A stretch of 64,000 bases of DNA. It comes from Vicinamibacteria bacterium. GTDB lineage: Bacteria; Acidobacteriota; Vicinamibacteria; Marinacidobacterales; Marinacidobacteraceae. This document shows, piece after piece, positions 62,361-64,000 of the stretch. The stretch spans positions 96,001 to 160,000 of the forward strand of contig OZ241322.1 in NCBI GenBank assembly GCA_965199715.1, given 5' to 3'. Under the pieces are notes generated by a model. It searched no databases and was not told the DNA's origin. It was given only the letters and a program-made list of their open reading frames with translations. Position 1 is the stretch's first letter; the number at the start of each line of letters is the position of its first letter. A program made the position numbers and the translations under genes.

Positions 62361-64000
62361 GTGACCGTCCCGCCCCTCGTCCCGGCGCGGATGGTCAACG
62401 AGCACGTCTATTGCCCGCGCCTCGCCTACCTCATGTGGAGCCAGGCCGAATGGGCCGAGACCGGCGACACGGTGGACGGGCGGCGCGTGCACTCCCGCGT
62501 GGATCGGGCGGGGAAGCCGCTGCCCGATCCCGAGGACGTGAAGGACGAGTCCGACAAGCTCGTCACCCGCTCCCTGACGCTCTCATCCGAACGGCTCGGC
62601 GTGATCGCCAAGATCGACGTCGCCGAGGCGGAGGACGGCCTCGTCGTCCCCGTGGACTACAAGCGCGGCAAGCGCCCGCACGTCGCGAAGGGGGCGTACG
62701 AGCCGGAGCGGGTCCAGGTCTGCTTGCAGGCGACCCTGCTCGAGGAGCACGGCTACCGCGTCGAGGAAGGCGCCATCTGGTACGCGGCGAGCCGGGAGAA
62801 GGTCCGGATCCCCATCGACGACGAGCTGCGCGCCTCGGCGATGGAGGCGGTCCGCGGCCTGCGCGAGACGGCCGCCGCGGGGGAGATTCCGCCGCCGCTG
62901 GAGGACAGCCCGAAGTGCCCGCGCTGCGCGCTCGTCTCCGTCTGCCTGCCCGACGAGATGCGGTCGCTCGGAGGCTCGGACCTCGAGCCGCGCCCCATCG
63001 CCATCGGCCCGGACGAGTCGCTGCCGCTCGTCGTCCAGTCGCAGCGGGCGACGATCCGGAAGTCCGGCGACACGCTGAGGATCGAGGACGGGGAAGACGC
63101 GACGATCGTCCGGCTGAACGACGTGTCCGACGTCGCCGTCTTCGGCGCCGCCTACCTCACCAGTCCGGCGCTCGCCGAGCTGATGCGCCGCCAGATTCCG
63201 GTCGCCTGGCACAGCCACGGGGGCTGGTTCCGCGGCGTGACCGCGGGCGTCGGCCACAAGAACGTCGAGGTCCGCACCGAGCAGTACCGGCGCAGCTTCG
63301 ACGAGGACCATTGCCTGCGTTTCGCCCGCCGCCTCGTGGAGGCCAAGATCGTGAACCAGCGGACGTTCCTCCGACGCAACTGGCGCGGCGAACCCGATGG
63401 CAAGACGCTGGCGCTCGAGCGGCTCAAGGTGGCGCGGAAGGCCGCCAGGCGGGCGGCGACGACCGCCGAACTCCTCGGCGTCGAGGGCGACGCCGCGGCC
63501 ACGTACTTCCGGGCGTTCTCCGGGATGCTCGCCCCTCCCGGAACCGAGGACGACGAAGTCGCCCCGTTCCGGTTCGACCGCCGCAACCGCCGTCCGCCCG
63601 CCGATCCGGTGAACGCGATGCTCTCGCTCGCCTACGCCATGCTCACCCGCCAGTTCGCCAACGCGCTCGCGACGGTGGGGCTGGATCCGTACCGCGGCTT
63701 CCTCCACGCGCCCCGGTACGGCAAGCCGGCGCTCGCGCTCGACCTCATGGAGCCGTTCCGCCCCATCGTCGCCGACTCGGTCGTTCTTTCCGTCGTCAAC
63801 ACCGGCGAGATCGCGGCCGGCGACTTCGTGACGGCCCCGACCGGAGTCGCGCTCACTCCGGCGGGCCGCCGCCGCTTCATCGGCGCCTACGAGCGCCGCC
63901 TCTCGCAGGAGACCACCCATCCGCTGTTCGGCTACAAGCTCAGCATGCGGCGGCTGATCCTGCTCCAGGCCCGCCTGCTATGCCGACGTCTCCTCGGCGA
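62361..64000 (+). CDS. cas4/cas1: Cas4-Cas1 fusion (truncated by window end; absent from the ORF track)
   Basis: RMVNEHVYCPR, KID...PVDYKRG, KCPRCALVSVC (Cas4); LLGVEG, NRRPP.DPVNAMLS, GLDPY.GFLH, LALDLMEPFRP (Cas1); start uncertain (62349/62361/62391). Confidence 0.92.
   Translation, partial: MTVPPLVPARMVNEHVYCPRLAYLMWSQAEWAETGDTVDGRRVHSRVDRAGKPLPDPEDVKDESDKLVTRSLTLSSERLGVIAKIDVAEAEDGLVVPVDYKRGKRPHVAKGAYEPERVQVCLQATLLEEHGYRVEEGAIWYAASREKVRIPIDDELRASAMEAVRGLRETAAAGEIPPPLEDSPKCPRCALVSVCLPDEMRSLGGSDLEPRPIAIGPDESLPLVVQSQRATIRKSGDTLRIEDGEDATIVRLNDVSDVAVFGAAYLTSPALAELMRRQIPVAWHSHGGWFRGVTAGVGHKNVEVRTEQYRRSFDEDHCLRFARRLVEAKIVNQRTFLRRNWRGEPDGKTLALERLKVARKAARRAATTAELLGVEGDAAATYFRAFSGMLAPPGTEDDEVAPFRFDRRNRRPPADPVNAMLSLAYAMLTRQFANALATVGLDPYRGFLHAPRYGKPALALDLMEPFRPIVADSVVLSVVNTGEIAAGDFVTAPTGVALTPAGRRRFIGAYERRLSQETTHPLFGYKLSMRRLILLQARLLCRRLLG

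Overview
High-GC bacterial chromosomal segment; the Acidobacteria-type VWA protein, the many secreted PQQ-like beta-propellers and bshC suggest Acidobacteriota (inference). Core and metabolic genes are bshC, lepB, argS, yitJ, dacB, a TRAP/TAXI transporter, an E1-alpha subunit, an amidase, ggt, a glycosylasparaginase and cobQ. Eight paralogous secreted beta-propeller genes are present, seven of them within 14 kb. Five short islands of decayed defence-type genes sit between the core operons. The last 8.7 kb hold a type I-G (I-U) CRISPR-Cas operon (cas3-cas8u2-cas7u-csb2-cas4/cas1) that runs off the window end; no canonical array is in view. Most notable: (1) the compositionally distinct interference block is bracketed by two unrelated repeat-insert-repeat units with CRISPR-like geometry (36+38 bp and 33-38+39-44 bp), each duplicating a gene boundary; (2) a selenoprotein disulfide oxidoreductase (CxxC + UxxC, SECIS-like hairpin) that the ORF track truncates; (3) an FN3 lipoprotein with a divergent C-terminal half and a remnant paralogous C-terminus downstream; (4) apparent leaderless promoters. 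All family calls come from motif recognition by eye; no searches were run.
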